64,000 nt of DNA from Thermoplasmata archaeon (GCA_041489255.1 JBGPQV010000002.1:96001-160000); one strand, 5' to 3'. Counted from the stretch's first letter, positions 53,201 to 62,424 are shown. Program-made: numbers and translations. The notes: generated from the letters alone by a model not told the origin.

Positions 53201-53362
53201 GATGTGGGCAGGTCTGTGAAAGAGCTGGCTGAAGAACTGGGGGTCTCCAGCCAGCTCGCCTTGTATCATATCAGGCGACTGTCGCAGAAGGGGTTCGTGG
53301 ATCTCGAGAGGAAGGGGTTGCGACTGCACGTGTACAAGACCCCGGAGAATCGCAACACCTAG
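50246..53362 (+). CDS. Large surface protein (lamin-tail/FN3-like/PKD) fused via TM segment to tandem winged-HTH domains
   Basis: Signal peptide; WSDWS and YSAWS FN3-like ends; PKD; TM then GGTEIGR; two HTH domains like those of the upstream gene. Confidence 0.87.
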   Translation: MRKSGALEIVSIVLAVQLVLLLPSPRVMGWIPEPYELYGTAHDEVGVVLLDGEPIRTFIDGVEYSNKTSVYSRPGYFDGYFDVDTYGNYRSNRTVPGTPWIKEGGDEGDDIMYSWGDMSNNTQIGGASQPWKQGVVFKENHTWQTGLPPEAGDLTTAPDRLQPPSVKIFSITTNSTLPPYNDHLWLCNAGPYPVDASTLYIQKDIPGSYDGPIVQVPSGTIDPYQRYHIITGSRDYFVETGDAVKLVWKNNASDPQAPFGGRDIVIDRVEFNATVGGTLDWEPGNTIMNDETAPDVGRQINRSATCRDTNSRERDFFQDNEIIEYPRPLPPDPVCIEGLCNWDIGNPALDHVLRNMNFRINWTHHGWYDDPQVAATVYMRNSTATTWTGSTGPSQEMTYSGLPLLCGTDYWIGVITKASGPLFSYVTELRFRINCLPTAVNRVWPLNGQFTSAESGQRVSWSNSTDFDLGDTLDYTWWVDDTNPMTAPYVSNGTTMNNYSDPFQTNASTTYFWCLNVSDGWGAPVSNCANLWVFMTEGLPVPPTATLLKVDSHASGEGYLNRVPITNPVRDPVFSWLFLPMSRLQTGFHIEVRDTAGTLMWGLNTSGSGSTVEYNSDGSGTALSVGTCNYFRVKVRDYLTPQLWSDWSTPLDFCINTPPPVPDPLAPAENSTRLPGSAIIYWSVVNDTDTGTPDTVTYEYCIDSAAYPPYPTCNIAHVTVGANNSNAFITANGLIYLWEVRSYDSYEYSAWSAVWNFTTIVPPVAEAVGPGEALVGNMVTFYGNGSQGNISQYTWTIRDYQGAIVTRLTGAIVNYAFQDPGTYSVTLTVYDDSTGLSGSDAFYVLVKNVPKEGFDWLWLLILLAILFIIAPVGGTEIGRVALLTLLVAPMHGRRTKDKDEAETRGMIRGFILGNPGECYTSIRQNLGLKNGTLSWHLMKLEKEGIIKSRVQGTRRRYYSKGAAIPAENGGELREIEKRLLGAVEEDVGRSVKELAEELGVSSQLALYHIRRLSQKGFVDLERKGLRLHVYKTPENRNT

Positions 53363-53432
53363 GCGTACCCATCAAGCTCGCGACCGAATGTGGACAAAGG
53401 GATTTAAGGTGAGGGTCGCTTAACGCTGCGGC

Positions 53433-54341
53433 ATGACAGACCTCGCCGTGAAGCTGGCGGGCCTGAGTCTGCGGAACCCGACCCTGCTCGCCTCCGGGAT
53501 ACTTGACGAGACTGGCGGTTCCCTTCTGCGCGTTTTCAAGAGCGGGGCTGGCGCAGTAGTGTCGAAGTCCATCTGTCTTCATCCTCGAGCGGGCTACAAG
53601 AATCCGACAATCGTGGAATTGGAGAACGGCATGATTAACGCGATGGGCCTGCCCAATCCAGGAGTCGAGGATTATGGCACTGAGATCACGAAGGCGGTGA
53701 AATCGGGTGTAATCCTCGTGGGCAGCGCCTTCGGGAAGGATGAGCACGAATACGCATCCGTGGCGAAGGAGTTTGAGAAGCACGGTGCCGCGGCGGTCGA
53801 ACTCAACCTCAGCTGCCCGCATGCAAAGGGCCTCGGTCTCGAGATCGCACAGAGCGCCGAGGCAGTCGAGGGATTCACACGAACGGTGAAGAACGCTGTG
53901 AGGATCCCGGTGATGCCCAAGCTGTCCCCGAACGTCACGAACGTGGCTAACCTCGGGCTGGCCGCCGAACGTGGCGGTGCCGATGCCGTCGTCGCAATCA
54001 ACACGGTCAAAGCGATAGCCATATCCGCGGAGCTGAGAACGCCGGTTCTTTCGAACAAGTACGGCGGATTGAGCGGCCCTGCAATCAAGCCGATCGGGCT
54101 CAGATGCGTCTATGACCTCTACGAGGCGGTGGACATCCCGATAATCGGGGTTGGCGGCGTCACCTCTGGTCTGGACGCCGTGGAGTATTTCATGGCGGGA
54201 GCGAGCGCAGTCCAGATAGGCACCGCTCTCAGGACGCGTGGATACAGCGCGTTCCGTCTGATCTGCAAGGAGATTCAGCAGTTCATGGAGAAAGAGGGAT
54301 TCAAGACTGTCGGGGAAATGGTCGGGCTTGCCCATGAGTAA
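53433..54341 (+). CDS. pyrD: Dihydroorotate dehydrogenase catalytic subunit (class 1B)
   Basis: LASG, NAMGLPNPG, ELNLSCPH, KLSPN, GGLSG. Confidence 0.96.
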   Translation: MTDLAVKLAGLSLRNPTLLASGILDETGGSLLRVFKSGAGAVVSKSICLHPRAGYKNPTIVELENGMINAMGLPNPGVEDYGTEITKAVKSGVILVGSAFGKDEHEYASVAKEFEKHGAAAVELNLSCPHAKGLGLEIAQSAEAVEGFTRTVKNAVRIPVMPKLSPNVTNVANLGLAAERGGADAVVAINTVKAIAISAELRTPVLSNKYGGLSGPAIKPIGLRCVYDLYEAVDIPIIGVGGVTSGLDAVEYFMAGASAVQIGTALRTRGYSAFRLICKEIQQFMEKEGFKTVGEMVGLAHE

Positions 54342-55113
54342 TCTCCACATCGTCAAGATAGAGAAGATCGCCGTCGAGTGCCACCACACCAAGACCTTCC
54401 GGTTCCGCGCTCCTTTCGAGGCGGAGCCCGGCCAGTTCGTCATGGTCTGGGTCCCCCGCCACGACGAGGTGCCGATGGCGCTCTCGTATATCGATGGCCT
54501 GAAAGGATTCACTTCTCACGCTCAAGGGGAAACGACGAACGCGCTCGCGGGTTTCGAGGCGGGCGATCGCCTGGGGATCCGGGGCCCGTTGGGCAACAGC
54601 TTCGACATCAGGGGTAAGAGGATCCTCTTCGTTGCCGGCGGTACAGGGATGGCTTCGGTGGTCGCCGCTATGGAAGCCGCCGCGAAAGATGGGAAGAAGG
54701 TCGTCACCGCGCTCGGAGCGAAGACCAAGGACGATCTCATCTTCGTGAAGCGCGCAGAGAAGGTCGGAGAGGTCCACGTGGCCACCGACGATGGCTCCGA
54801 GGGGTACGACGGCTTCGCGAGCACTCTTGCGGAGAGATTGCTGGAGTCGCACAAGTTCGACCAAATCATCACTTGCGGACCCGAAGCGATGATGAAGAAG
54901 GTCGTCGAAGCCGCGACGAAGAAAAGGATTCCGGTCCAGGCATCCGTCGAACGATTCATGAAATGCGGCATCGGGATCTGCGACGCTTGCGCCTTCGGCG
55001 ACAGGCTGGTCTGCGTCGACGGCCCTGTTTTCGATGGCGAGTATCTTGCTGTGTGCGAGGACTTCGGGCGCTACCGCCGAGACGAGAGCGGGCGCAGAGT
55101 ACCCATCAAGTAG
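54334..55113 (+). CDS. pyrK: Dihydroorotate dehydrogenase electron transfer subunit
   Basis: PGQFVMVW, RGPLGN, GGTG, CGP, MKCGIGICDAC...C. Confidence 0.95.
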   Translation: MSNLHIVKIEKIAVECHHTKTFRFRAPFEAEPGQFVMVWVPRHDEVPMALSYIDGLKGFTSHAQGETTNALAGFEAGDRLGIRGPLGNSFDIRGKRILFVAGGTGMASVVAAMEAAAKDGKKVVTALGAKTKDDLIFVKRAEKVGEVHVATDDGSEGYDGFASTLAERLLESHKFDQIITCGPEAMMKKVVEAATKKRIPVQASVERFMKCGIGICDACAFGDRLVCVDGPVFDGEYLAVCEDFGRYRRDESGRRVPIK

Positions 55114-55147
55114 CAAGGTTAAACTGCCTTCCGACGATTCCGCGTGC

Positions 55148-56779
55148 ATGCTCGACCAGGCAATGGATGCGCTCGCCGAGGAAATCGTGCGGTGGTATGC
55201 GCAGTGGAATCCCGTCTATGGCACGTATCTGGGCATACATGACTACGACCACATGCTGCCAGACTCCTCGCTATCTGCATTGAAAGAGGAGATCCGCCGC
55301 ACAAAGGAGTTCAAAGCGCGGCTCCAGGCCCTCAAACCGGAGGAGCTCTCGCCCGCCAGACAGATCGACAGGCGCAACCTCCTGAGCGCCGTGGAGCTGA
55401 ACCTGTTCGACGAGGAGGTGCTCCACAGGTCGGAGACGTACCCGGCGGCTCCGGGAGAATTCGGCACTTCCATAATGCTCCTGTACCAGAGGGATTTCGC
55501 GCCGCTGCCCGAGAGACTGAGGTGCATCTCATCTAGGTTTGCGGCGGCGCCCAAGTATCTGGGGGATGCGAGGGAGCGGCTCACCAAACCGGTCAAGCTC
55601 TGGACGACGATAGGGATCGAGTCCTGTTCGCAGCTCCAGGGCCTGCTCAAGATGATAGAGGGAATCGCCAGGGGCGCTCTGCCGCCTTCTGACATGGAAT
55701 CATTGGTCGACTCCTCTGCGAAAGCATCAATGGCGCTGAGCGACCACGAGAATTGGCTGAGGGAGGATGCGCTGCCGAAGGCGACAGACGATATCGGAAT
55801 AGGCGCACGCAACTTCGACAGGCTCATCAAGCTCAGGGGACTCGGTCTGACGGCGGACGATATCTACTCCCTGGGAAAGAAGTACCTCGCATCGGCGAAG
55901 AAGCATCTTGGAATCCTCGCCGAGCAGATCAGACCGGGGTCATCGGTCGGTGAGGTCAAGGAACTCGTGCAGTCGAAGCATCCGAAGGACTTCGCAGAAG
56001 CGCTGTCAATGACGGTGAAGGCGATGCACGAAGCGAAGGAGTTCGTTGCGAGGAAGGACTTGGCCACCTTCCCGCCAAAGGAGGAGCTGAAGGTAATCGA
56101 GACGCCCGAGTACCTGAGGCACGTGATGCCGATCGCCGCCTACATGCCCTCCGCTCCTTTTGACACGATTCAACAGGGCATCTACATGGTCACACCCGTG
56201 CAGGAGGACTCAAGCGAGCTGAAGAAGCACAGCTACGCGAAGAACTGGATAACCGCAATCCACGAGGGTTACCCGGGGCACCACCTGCACAACAGCTGCG
56301 CTGCCGTGAGAAAGTCGTATGCCAGGGCATACGTTTGGTCGATCGAGACCGTGGAGGGCTGGGCCCTGTACTGCGAGGAGATGATGCCCGAGTATGGGTT
56401 CCACAACGAGCCCGAGGTGAGGTTCTCGCAGACGCTCGACCTGATCTGGCGGGCCTGCAGGGTCATCATTGACGTGGACCTTCACCGCCGCAAGATGACA
56501 TTCGATCAAGCTGTCGACATGCTCATGGAAGAGGCAGGACTCGACAAGGCGACCGCGGCCTCGGAGGTCAAGAGGTACACCTACACCCCGGGATATCCGC
56601 TGTCCTACCTGATCGGCAAGCACATGATCATGGAGCTGAAGCAGCAGGCGAAAAAGGAGCTAGGGCCGAAGTACAGCGACAAGCTGTTCCACGACACCTT
56701 CCTCTACGCCGGCCTGATCCCGATGGCGCTCATCAAGGAAGTCTTCGAGCAGAAGTTCAGAGAGATGAAGTCCACCTGA
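55148..56779 (+). CDS. DUF885 family protein (putative metallopeptidase)
   Basis: HEGYPGHH, EGWALYCE, PGYPLSYLIG motifs. Confidence 0.88.
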   Translation: MLDQAMDALAEEIVRWYAQWNPVYGTYLGIHDYDHMLPDSSLSALKEEIRRTKEFKARLQALKPEELSPARQIDRRNLLSAVELNLFDEEVLHRSETYPAAPGEFGTSIMLLYQRDFAPLPERLRCISSRFAAAPKYLGDARERLTKPVKLWTTIGIESCSQLQGLLKMIEGIARGALPPSDMESLVDSSAKASMALSDHENWLREDALPKATDDIGIGARNFDRLIKLRGLGLTADDIYSLGKKYLASAKKHLGILAEQIRPGSSVGEVKELVQSKHPKDFAEALSMTVKAMHEAKEFVARKDLATFPPKEELKVIETPEYLRHVMPIAAYMPSAPFDTIQQGIYMVTPVQEDSSELKKHSYAKNWITAIHEGYPGHHLHNSCAAVRKSYARAYVWSIETVEGWALYCEEMMPEYGFHNEPEVRFSQTLDLIWRACRVIIDVDLHRRKMTFDQAVDMLMEEAGLDKATAASEVKRYTYTPGYPLSYLIGKHMIMELKQQAKKELGPKYSDKLFHDTFLYAGLIPMALIKEVFEQKFREMKST

Positions 56780-56829
56780 GGACGTGGTCCCGAGGCGGGA
56801 CTGCTCCCGCCATCAACCGGGATGCCGCT

Positions 56830-57099
56830 TCAGGGACTTAATCCCAACTGATCCTGCCCGGCGTCATTCCCTTCGTCGCCGTCGCAGCAGTGACATTGGC
56901 CATGGTTGCCGCCGCCACCGTATGTGCCGTTGTTTCCATCGTGCATTCCGCCGCCATTCCCCTGATCACCCATCATCGGGTGGTCGCTCATCATCTGGCC
57001 CCCGGACATGGCGACCGCCGTCGTGCCGACGCCCGCCACGGACAGAGCCGAAAGCAGGGCGATTACCGCAGTGTTCATTGTTGTGTCTCCTCGGCCCAC
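56830..57099 (-). CDS. Small secreted Met/Gly/His/Cys-rich protein
   Basis: Signal-like N-terminus; QMMSDHPMMG...MHDG...HGQCHCCD; start may be 57078. Confidence 0.55.
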   Translation of the reverse strand: MGRGDTTMNTAVIALLSALSVAGVGTTAVAMSGGQMMSDHPMMGDQGNGGGMHDGNNGTYGGGGNHGQCHCCDGDEGNDAGQDQLGLSP

Positions 57100-57130
57100 G
57101 GAACCCGCAGGCCTCAGGCATCATTATGGC

Positions 57131-57187
57131 TGAAACAGCTTATGACACTGACCTGAAACGAAGTGAAATGCATTTCAGAAGGATGAA
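57131..57187. promoter_or_regulatory. Candidate operator: TGAAA repeats and a perfect 14-bp palindrome
   Basis: TGAAA at 57131, 57154, 57164, 57183; TGAAATGCATTTCA at 57164-57177. Confidence 0.5.
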
Positions 57188-57188
57188 A

Positions 57189-57770
57189 TCAGGCGGGTTC
57201 TGAGGGTTTTGGCGGCATTGTCCTTAGGCGGATCTTGTTCGTCATGCCGTGCCTTTCGCGGGTCACGATCTCCTTGCCCTCGAGCTTGTCCAGCAGGCGC
57301 GTGACCTTCGCCTTGGAGAACGAGCCAGACGCCACGATGTCCTTCTGGAGCATCTCTCCGCCCCTTTCGCGGATGAGCGCGTAGAGGCGCTTCTCGTCTT
57401 CATCCAGCATCTTGAAGAACGCCGCCTCTTGATTGCGGGACACATGCGGAGCTTCCTGTTCGGGAACTGAAGGGACGGCGGACGAGACCGGATAAGTTGG
57501 GGCCATCGTTCCGACGGCTGGAGCCTGATTGATCGTGGGGACATCCTGGCGGGAAGACATCAGGAAGAAGACCACGGCTACCAAGACGACTCCCAATAGC
57601 AGGGTGACCGCAAGCCAGCCAATGCTGAAGCTTCCTCCCCCGCCGCCCATCATGCCTCCACCCATCATCCCGTTTGACATGAACATCGCGCCGGCGGAGC
57701 CTGCGAGAAGGAGTGCCACGAACACCGCCAGTATCACAAGGACAACGGTCATCTCTTGGCTTCTCGCCAT
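57189..57770 (-). CDS. Membrane-anchored HTH regulator (COG2512-like) with Met-Gly-rich loop
   Basis: Two TM helices around GMMGGGMMG; LQKDIV...SKAKVTRLLDKLE...RERHGMTN wHTH. Confidence 0.85.
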   Translation of the reverse strand: MARSQEMTVVLVILAVFVALLLAGSAGAMFMSNGMMGGGMMGGGGGSFSIGWLAVTLLLGVVLVAVVFFLMSSRQDVPTINQAPAVGTMAPTYPVSSAVPSVPEQEAPHVSRNQEAAFFKMLDEDEKRLYALIRERGGEMLQKDIVASGSFSKAKVTRLLDKLEGKEIVTRERHGMTNKIRLRTMPPKPSEPA

Positions 57771-57852
57771 CTGCTTTCGATCTCCTGCCGAGTGAGTGAC
57801 CTACTCAACGGCATTGTTTAATGTTTGGCAATTCTTGGCGGGATAAGCCATT

Positions 57853-58581
57853 CTAAATCAGGTCGCCCCGGAAGAACGCAGCTGTCCTGTCATCATCGAG
57901 GCGGCGGACCTCGTCAATCGGTCCGCTGCCCAGCACTTCTCCCTGATACAGGAACAGACAGCGCTTCGCGAGCCTCTGCGCCTGGAACGGGTTGTGCGAG
58001 ACCATGACGACCGTGCATCCTGACTTCTGGCGGTAAGTGGCCAGGGCAGACTCTAGCATTTTGATATTTGACGGGTCCAGGTTCGCTGTGAATTCGTCGA
58101 GGAACAGAACCTCGGGCTCGATCGCAATCGCGCGGGCGAACGCGACCCTCTGCGCTTCCCCGCCGGAAAGGGTGAAGGCCTTCCTACGCTCGAACCCCTC
58201 CAGACCAACATTCTTGAGGGCGGTGAGTACGCGGTCCCGGATCTCCTTTTCCTGCACTGCCCTCAATCGTAGACCGTAGGCAACGTTCCCAAGAACCGTG
58301 TCCCTGAACATCACTGACCTCTGGAGGAGCATGGTCATCTTCCTCCTCAGCGCCTGGCCGTCCTGGACGGACGATCCGGGGTCACCGAATCTGACCGCCC
58401 CCTGGTCCGGCTGCTCGAGGAGGTCCAGGATGCGGAGCAGCGTGCTCTTGCCGCTCCCGCTCGGGCCCATTATCGCGAATATCTCGCCCGCCTCGACCCT
58501 GAAATCCACTTTCGAGAGAACTGCAGAACCGCCGTATGACTTCGAGATTCCCGCCGCCTCGACCGCGATCCCCAAACTCAA
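57853..58581 (-). CDS. tupC: Tungstate ABC transporter ATPase
   Basis: GPSGSGKS, LSGGEAQR, LDEFTANLD; operon context. Confidence 0.85.
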   Translation of the reverse strand: MSLGIAVEAAGISKSYGGSAVLSKVDFRVEAGEIFAIMGPSGSGKSTLLRILDLLEQPDQGAVRFGDPGSSVQDGQALRRKMTMLLQRSVMFRDTVLGNVAYGLRLRAVQEKEIRDRVLTALKNVGLEGFERRKAFTLSGGEAQRVAFARAIAIEPEVLFLDEFTANLDPSNIKMLESALATYRQKSGCTVVMVSHNPFQAQRLAKRCLFLYQGEVLGSGPIDEVRRLDDDRTAAFFRGDLI

Positions 58582-59219
58582 CCCCTCTCCTGGATCTCCC
58601 TTATGACGAAGTACACGGCGAACGCGATGATCAACAGGATTCCCGCCAACAGGAATGAGGTGCCATAATCCGCCATCTGGGTGTGCTGCATGATCGCCGT
58701 TGTGATGACCTGCGTCGACCCCTCGATGTTACCTCCCACCGCCCAGACCGCGCCGACCTCGCTAATCGCCCTCCCGAAACCGACCATAACCGCCCCGAAG
58801 ATGCCGAACCTGGCCTCGTGCATCACCCTGGACATCAGCTGCCTATTGTTCGCACCCAAGGTCTTGATCGTGAGCCGGACGCTCTCGTCCACATCGGATA
58901 TGGAGGACATGGTGAGCCCGGTCACAAGTGGGAAGATGAGCACCGATTCGGCGATAACCATGCCTATCGGCGTCCATATCCAATCGAGGAAGCCAAGCGG
59001 ACCACTGCGCGAAAGCAGTGAGTAGACAATCAGGCCCACTACCACCGAGGGAAGCGCGAACAGTGTGTAGACGCCAGTCCTCAAGAGCCAGCTGCCGCGG
59101 AATCTCTTGATCGCAAGGAAAGCACCCAACGGCAGCGCCACGAGCGAGGTCAGTACCGTCGCTGTGACCGAAACGTATAGGGAAAGCGCGACGACCTGAG
59201 CGATGTCAAGTCCGCCCAA
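58578..59219 (-). CDS. tupB: Tungstate ABC transporter permease
   Basis: LSRSGPLG, FGRAISEVGA..VGGNI. Confidence 0.9.
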   Translation of the reverse strand: MGGLDIAQVVALSLYVSVTATVLTSLVALPLGAFLAIKRFRGSWLLRTGVYTLFALPSVVVGLIVYSLLSRSGPLGFLDWIWTPIGMVIAESVLIFPLVTGLTMSSISDVDESVRLTIKTLGANNRQLMSRVMHEARFGIFGAVMVGFGRAISEVGAVWAVGGNIEGSTQVITTAIMQHTQMADYGTSFLLAGILLIIAFAVYFVIREIQERG

Positions 59220-59238
59220 GCGAGTTGCCCTCCATCAT

Positions 59239-60111
59239 TCACGGCTCCGCGTTGGGAAAGAACAGCTGGTGGCCATTGGCGGTGTGGGATGCTATTAGGT
59301 CCTGCATCTCCGGGCTCACGATCCATTCGGCGAATATTACGGCGTACTTCACGTTGACGTTCAGGTTCTTGGCGGGATTGGCCGGAATCACGCTGTATTG
59401 GTTGAAGAACAGGGTATCGTTCCTGAAGAGCTCGACGAGGTCCAGCGCCTGAATCATCGAGAAGTACGTGCCCTCGTCTGTCAGCGTATAGGCATCACCC
59501 ATTCCGTTGGCCATGATGAGCGTATCCTCCATGCCCTTGCCGACCTTCAGATACCACGAGCCGAACTGATCCGGGTCCAAGCCTGCCAATCCCCATATCT
59601 GCAGCTCCTTGGCATAGGTCCCGGAGTTGTCCGATCTCGAGAGGAATCTGGATGTGGAGGAATTGTCCGCGACCTTCTCGAACGCCGCGGTGGCGTTCCA
59701 GGCAGTCGCGACGCCGGCTGGGTCGCTCGACGGACCTACTATCGCGAACTGATTGTACATCACCTGCCATTTGAACAAGCCATACCCTTGCTCCATGAAC
59801 GGCGCTTCCAAGGAGGGTGAGTGCGAGAGGACCACGTCCGCGTCGCCTCTTCTTGCGTAGTCCAGAGCCAAGCCCGATCCGACGGCGACGACGTCGACCT
59901 TGACACCGTACATCGACTTGAAGTCGGGAAGGATGAAGTCCAGCAGGCCAGAGTTCTGCGTGCTGGTTGTCGTTGCGAGGATCAGCTTCGATTCCGGCGG
60001 GGAGAAGATCCCTGAGATTGCTAGTCCCACCGCCACGAGGGCGATCACTACGAGTATCACCGCCAAGAAGAGCCATTTCGTCCTGTTCATGAAGGCCGCC
60101 CGCCTGGGCAT
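59239..60111 (-). CDS. tupA: Tungstate-binding protein
   Basis: LATTTSTQNSGLL (TTTS motif), GDADVVLSH, SRSDNSGT. Confidence 0.92.
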   Translation of the reverse strand: MPRRAAFMNRTKWLFLAVILVVIALVAVGLAISGIFSPPESKLILATTTSTQNSGLLDFILPDFKSMYGVKVDVVAVGSGLALDYARRGDADVVLSHSPSLEAPFMEQGYGLFKWQVMYNQFAIVGPSSDPAGVATAWNATAAFEKVADNSSTSRFLSRSDNSGTYAKELQIWGLAGLDPDQFGSWYLKVGKGMEDTLIMANGMGDAYTLTDEGTYFSMIQALDLVELFRNDTLFFNQYSVIPANPAKNLNVNVKYAVIFAEWIVSPEMQDLIASHTANGHQLFFPNAEP

Positions 60112-60220
60112 CGCCCTTCGCTAGTTAGACTTTATGACAACCCATGAGGGAAGCGCTCGGAACTAGGCCGGTTCTCGCAAAACTTAATAGAGGAAGTCAG
60201 GATACGAGGCGCGGTGGAAC

Positions 60221-60814
60221 ATGAAGAGCATTGACGCCCTCGTGAAGAAGGCGATGGATTACAAAAAGAAAGGCCTGAAGGAGGACGAGATAGCAGACGA
60301 GCTGCACCTCTCGAAGGACACGATCATCTGGCTGCTGACCCGCGGCCTGAAGGGCGGCGAGCCGCCTAAGGACGTCAAGATCGGCTGGCGCTCCATCGGT
60401 GTCATGGGCAACAGGATAGCGGCGATGGCTTCCTCCATGACCGACATCATCCTCGAGGAGACGGAGAAGAGCGGCAACGAGCCGCAGTGCGTCGCCGGCA
60501 TTGCGATCAACGGCATACCTTATGCCACATGCATATCCGAGGAGCTGGGGGGCGAGCTGGCGATATACAGGCCCCCGAGCGAGAGAGGGAAGGCGGGCGG
60601 TCATTTCTCCAGCAACTACGCCGCGGTTCAAAATAAAAAAGTGATCTTCGTTGATGACGTCGTGAGCACCGGTGAAACGATGAAGGGCGCGATAGCGGAC
60701 GCGCGAGCTTCCGGCGGCACTCCGATCCTCGCGGTCGTCTTGGTGAACAAGACGGGACAGGACGAACTGGACGGCGTCCCCCTGCGGGCACTCATCCGCG
60801 CCAGGTCAATCTAG
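60221..60814 (+). CDS. gfcR: Orotate phosphoribosyltransferase-like protein with N-terminal HTH (GfcR family)
   Basis: EIADELHLSKDTIIWLL HTH; FSSNYA; VDDVVSTG PRPP motif. Confidence 0.85.
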   Translation: MKSIDALVKKAMDYKKKGLKEDEIADELHLSKDTIIWLLTRGLKGGEPPKDVKIGWRSIGVMGNRIAAMASSMTDIILEETEKSGNEPQCVAGIAINGIPYATCISEELGGELAIYRPPSERGKAGGHFSSNYAAVQNKKVIFVDDVVSTGETMKGAIADARASGGTPILAVVLVNKTGQDELDGVPLRALIRARSI

Positions 60815-62424
60815 TGGTGCAGATGCACTGGTTCGACGAGCTCCTCGGGAATGCGGAGGAGTTCCTTCACGGGCGCGAGAGGGTCCTCTGCAACGCGGGC
60901 TTGAGCGTCTCCGGTCTGCAGCATGTAGGCCGTCTAAGAGGGGAAATCGCGCTCAACCACGCGATAGTCAGAGCATTGAGATTGAAAGGAAAGAAGGCCT
61001 CTCAGAACCTTGTACTATACACGCAGGACCAATGGAAAGGCAAGGAGGGACAGCTGGGCAGGTTCAAGGCCGGGGAAGGGGAGCAGTACATCGGTCGGAG
61101 GCTGATGGATGTCCCGGATCCGGAAGGCTGCCACAGGAACTGGGTGGAGCACTACTGGGTCGATTTCGGGGACCACCTGGACAGGTTCGCCCCCGGGATA
61201 AGCGTGATCAGCACGACGGAGGTCTACTCCCGCCAGGATATGAAGGACCTCGTCATCGAGCTCGTGAGCAAGAAGGAGGCCGTGCGGGAGGTGGTGAACA
61301 AGTACCGCAGCAGGAGACCCTACCCGTCGGACTGGATTCCATTTGAGGCTTATTGCGAGAAGTGCCAGCGCGTCGGCAGCGCGAAGACGCTGGAGCTCCT
61401 TCCCGATCACCGGGTGCGCTACGAGTGTGAGTGCGGCAACTCCGGGATCTCCCCCATCGAGAGGGGGAAGCTGAACTGGCGACTCGAATGGCCGGCCCTG
61501 TGGAAGGTCCTGAAGGTCGATGTCGAGCCTTTCGGGAAGGACCACGCCGCGCCTGGCGGGTCGAGGGACAGCTGCAAGGAAATCGCGCAGAAAATCATGG
61601 GGATGGAGGCGCCATTCCCGATCCCCTACGAGTGGGTCGGGCTGGGGCGGGGAGGGAAGGATCTCGGGGACATGGGCTCCTCCGACTTCATCGGTTTCAC
61701 TCCGAAACAATGGCTGGAAATCGGCGACCCGGAGGTCATCCGCTACATCTATTTCTTCAACCCGGTCTCGAGGCGGGTGGTCCTCGACTTGAGCAAGGTG
61801 GACTCATATCACGACCTCTACGATTCCGCCGAGAGGGCACATCATTCCGCGAAGAAGAATGAGGAAGAGGAGGTCGCGGCTCGGAGCTTCGAACTCGCGC
61901 TCGTCGAGAAGACGATGGAGGAGATGCCGTTCCAGCTCTCATACCGCCACGCGGCATACCTTTCGCAGATCTCACCGGCTGAGCACAAGGTGAGCTGGTG
62001 CATCCAGCGACTGAGGGACACCGGCATGCTCTCCCTGCCTCTCACGCCGTTCGAGGAGGGCAGGATAGAGAGAAGGCTGACGCACGCTATGAAATGGGTG
62101 GAGCTCTACTCCCCCGAGAACAAGGTCATGCTCCTTCAGGAAGTGACTCCGAAAGTAATCGAACAGCTCGACGAGAAAGACAGGGAAGCTCTCTCGATGT
62201 ATCTCGGAGCGGCGGTAAAGACTGAATGGCGGGAGGATGCAATCAAAGAGTCCATGGTTGCGCTCACAACGAGCGGGAAATTGCCGGTCGAGACTCCTCG
62301 CTTCTTCAGAGATCTGTATCTCGTGCTCCTCGGACAGGAAAGAGGCCCGCGCGCAGCGCCTTTCCTCGCGGTGCTGAAGAAGGAATGGGTCCTGGAGAGG
62401 CTGAAGGAGACGGCAAAGGCCTAG
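60814..62424 (+). CDS. lysS: Lysine--tRNA ligase, class I
   Basis: SGLQHVGRLRGE, GKLNWRLEWP, EPFGKDH, MGSS, GPRAAPFL. Confidence 0.95.
   Translation: MVQMHWFDELLGNAEEFLHGRERVLCNAGLSVSGLQHVGRLRGEIALNHAIVRALRLKGKKASQNLVLYTQDQWKGKEGQLGRFKAGEGEQYIGRRLMDVPDPEGCHRNWVEHYWVDFGDHLDRFAPGISVISTTEVYSRQDMKDLVIELVSKKEAVREVVNKYRSRRPYPSDWIPFEAYCEKCQRVGSAKTLELLPDHRVRYECECGNSGISPIERGKLNWRLEWPALWKVLKVDVEPFGKDHAAPGGSRDSCKEIAQKIMGMEAPFPIPYEWVGLGRGGKDLGDMGSSDFIGFTPKQWLEIGDPEVIRYIYFFNPVSRRVVLDLSKVDSYHDLYDSAERAHHSAKKNEEEEVAARSFELALVEKTMEEMPFQLSYRHAAYLSQISPAEHKVSWCIQRLRDTGMLSLPLTPFEEGRIERRLTHAMKWVELYSPENKVMLLQEVTPKVIEQLDEKDREALSMYLGAAVKTEWREDAIKESMVALTTSGKLPVETPRFFRDLYLVLLGQERGPRAAPFLAVLKKEWVLERLKETAKA

Noticed and set aside
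60814-62424. Class I LysRS with a non-canonical HIGH motif (HVGR)
   Set aside because: Class I LysRS is normal in archaea and its motifs are known to be degenerate.
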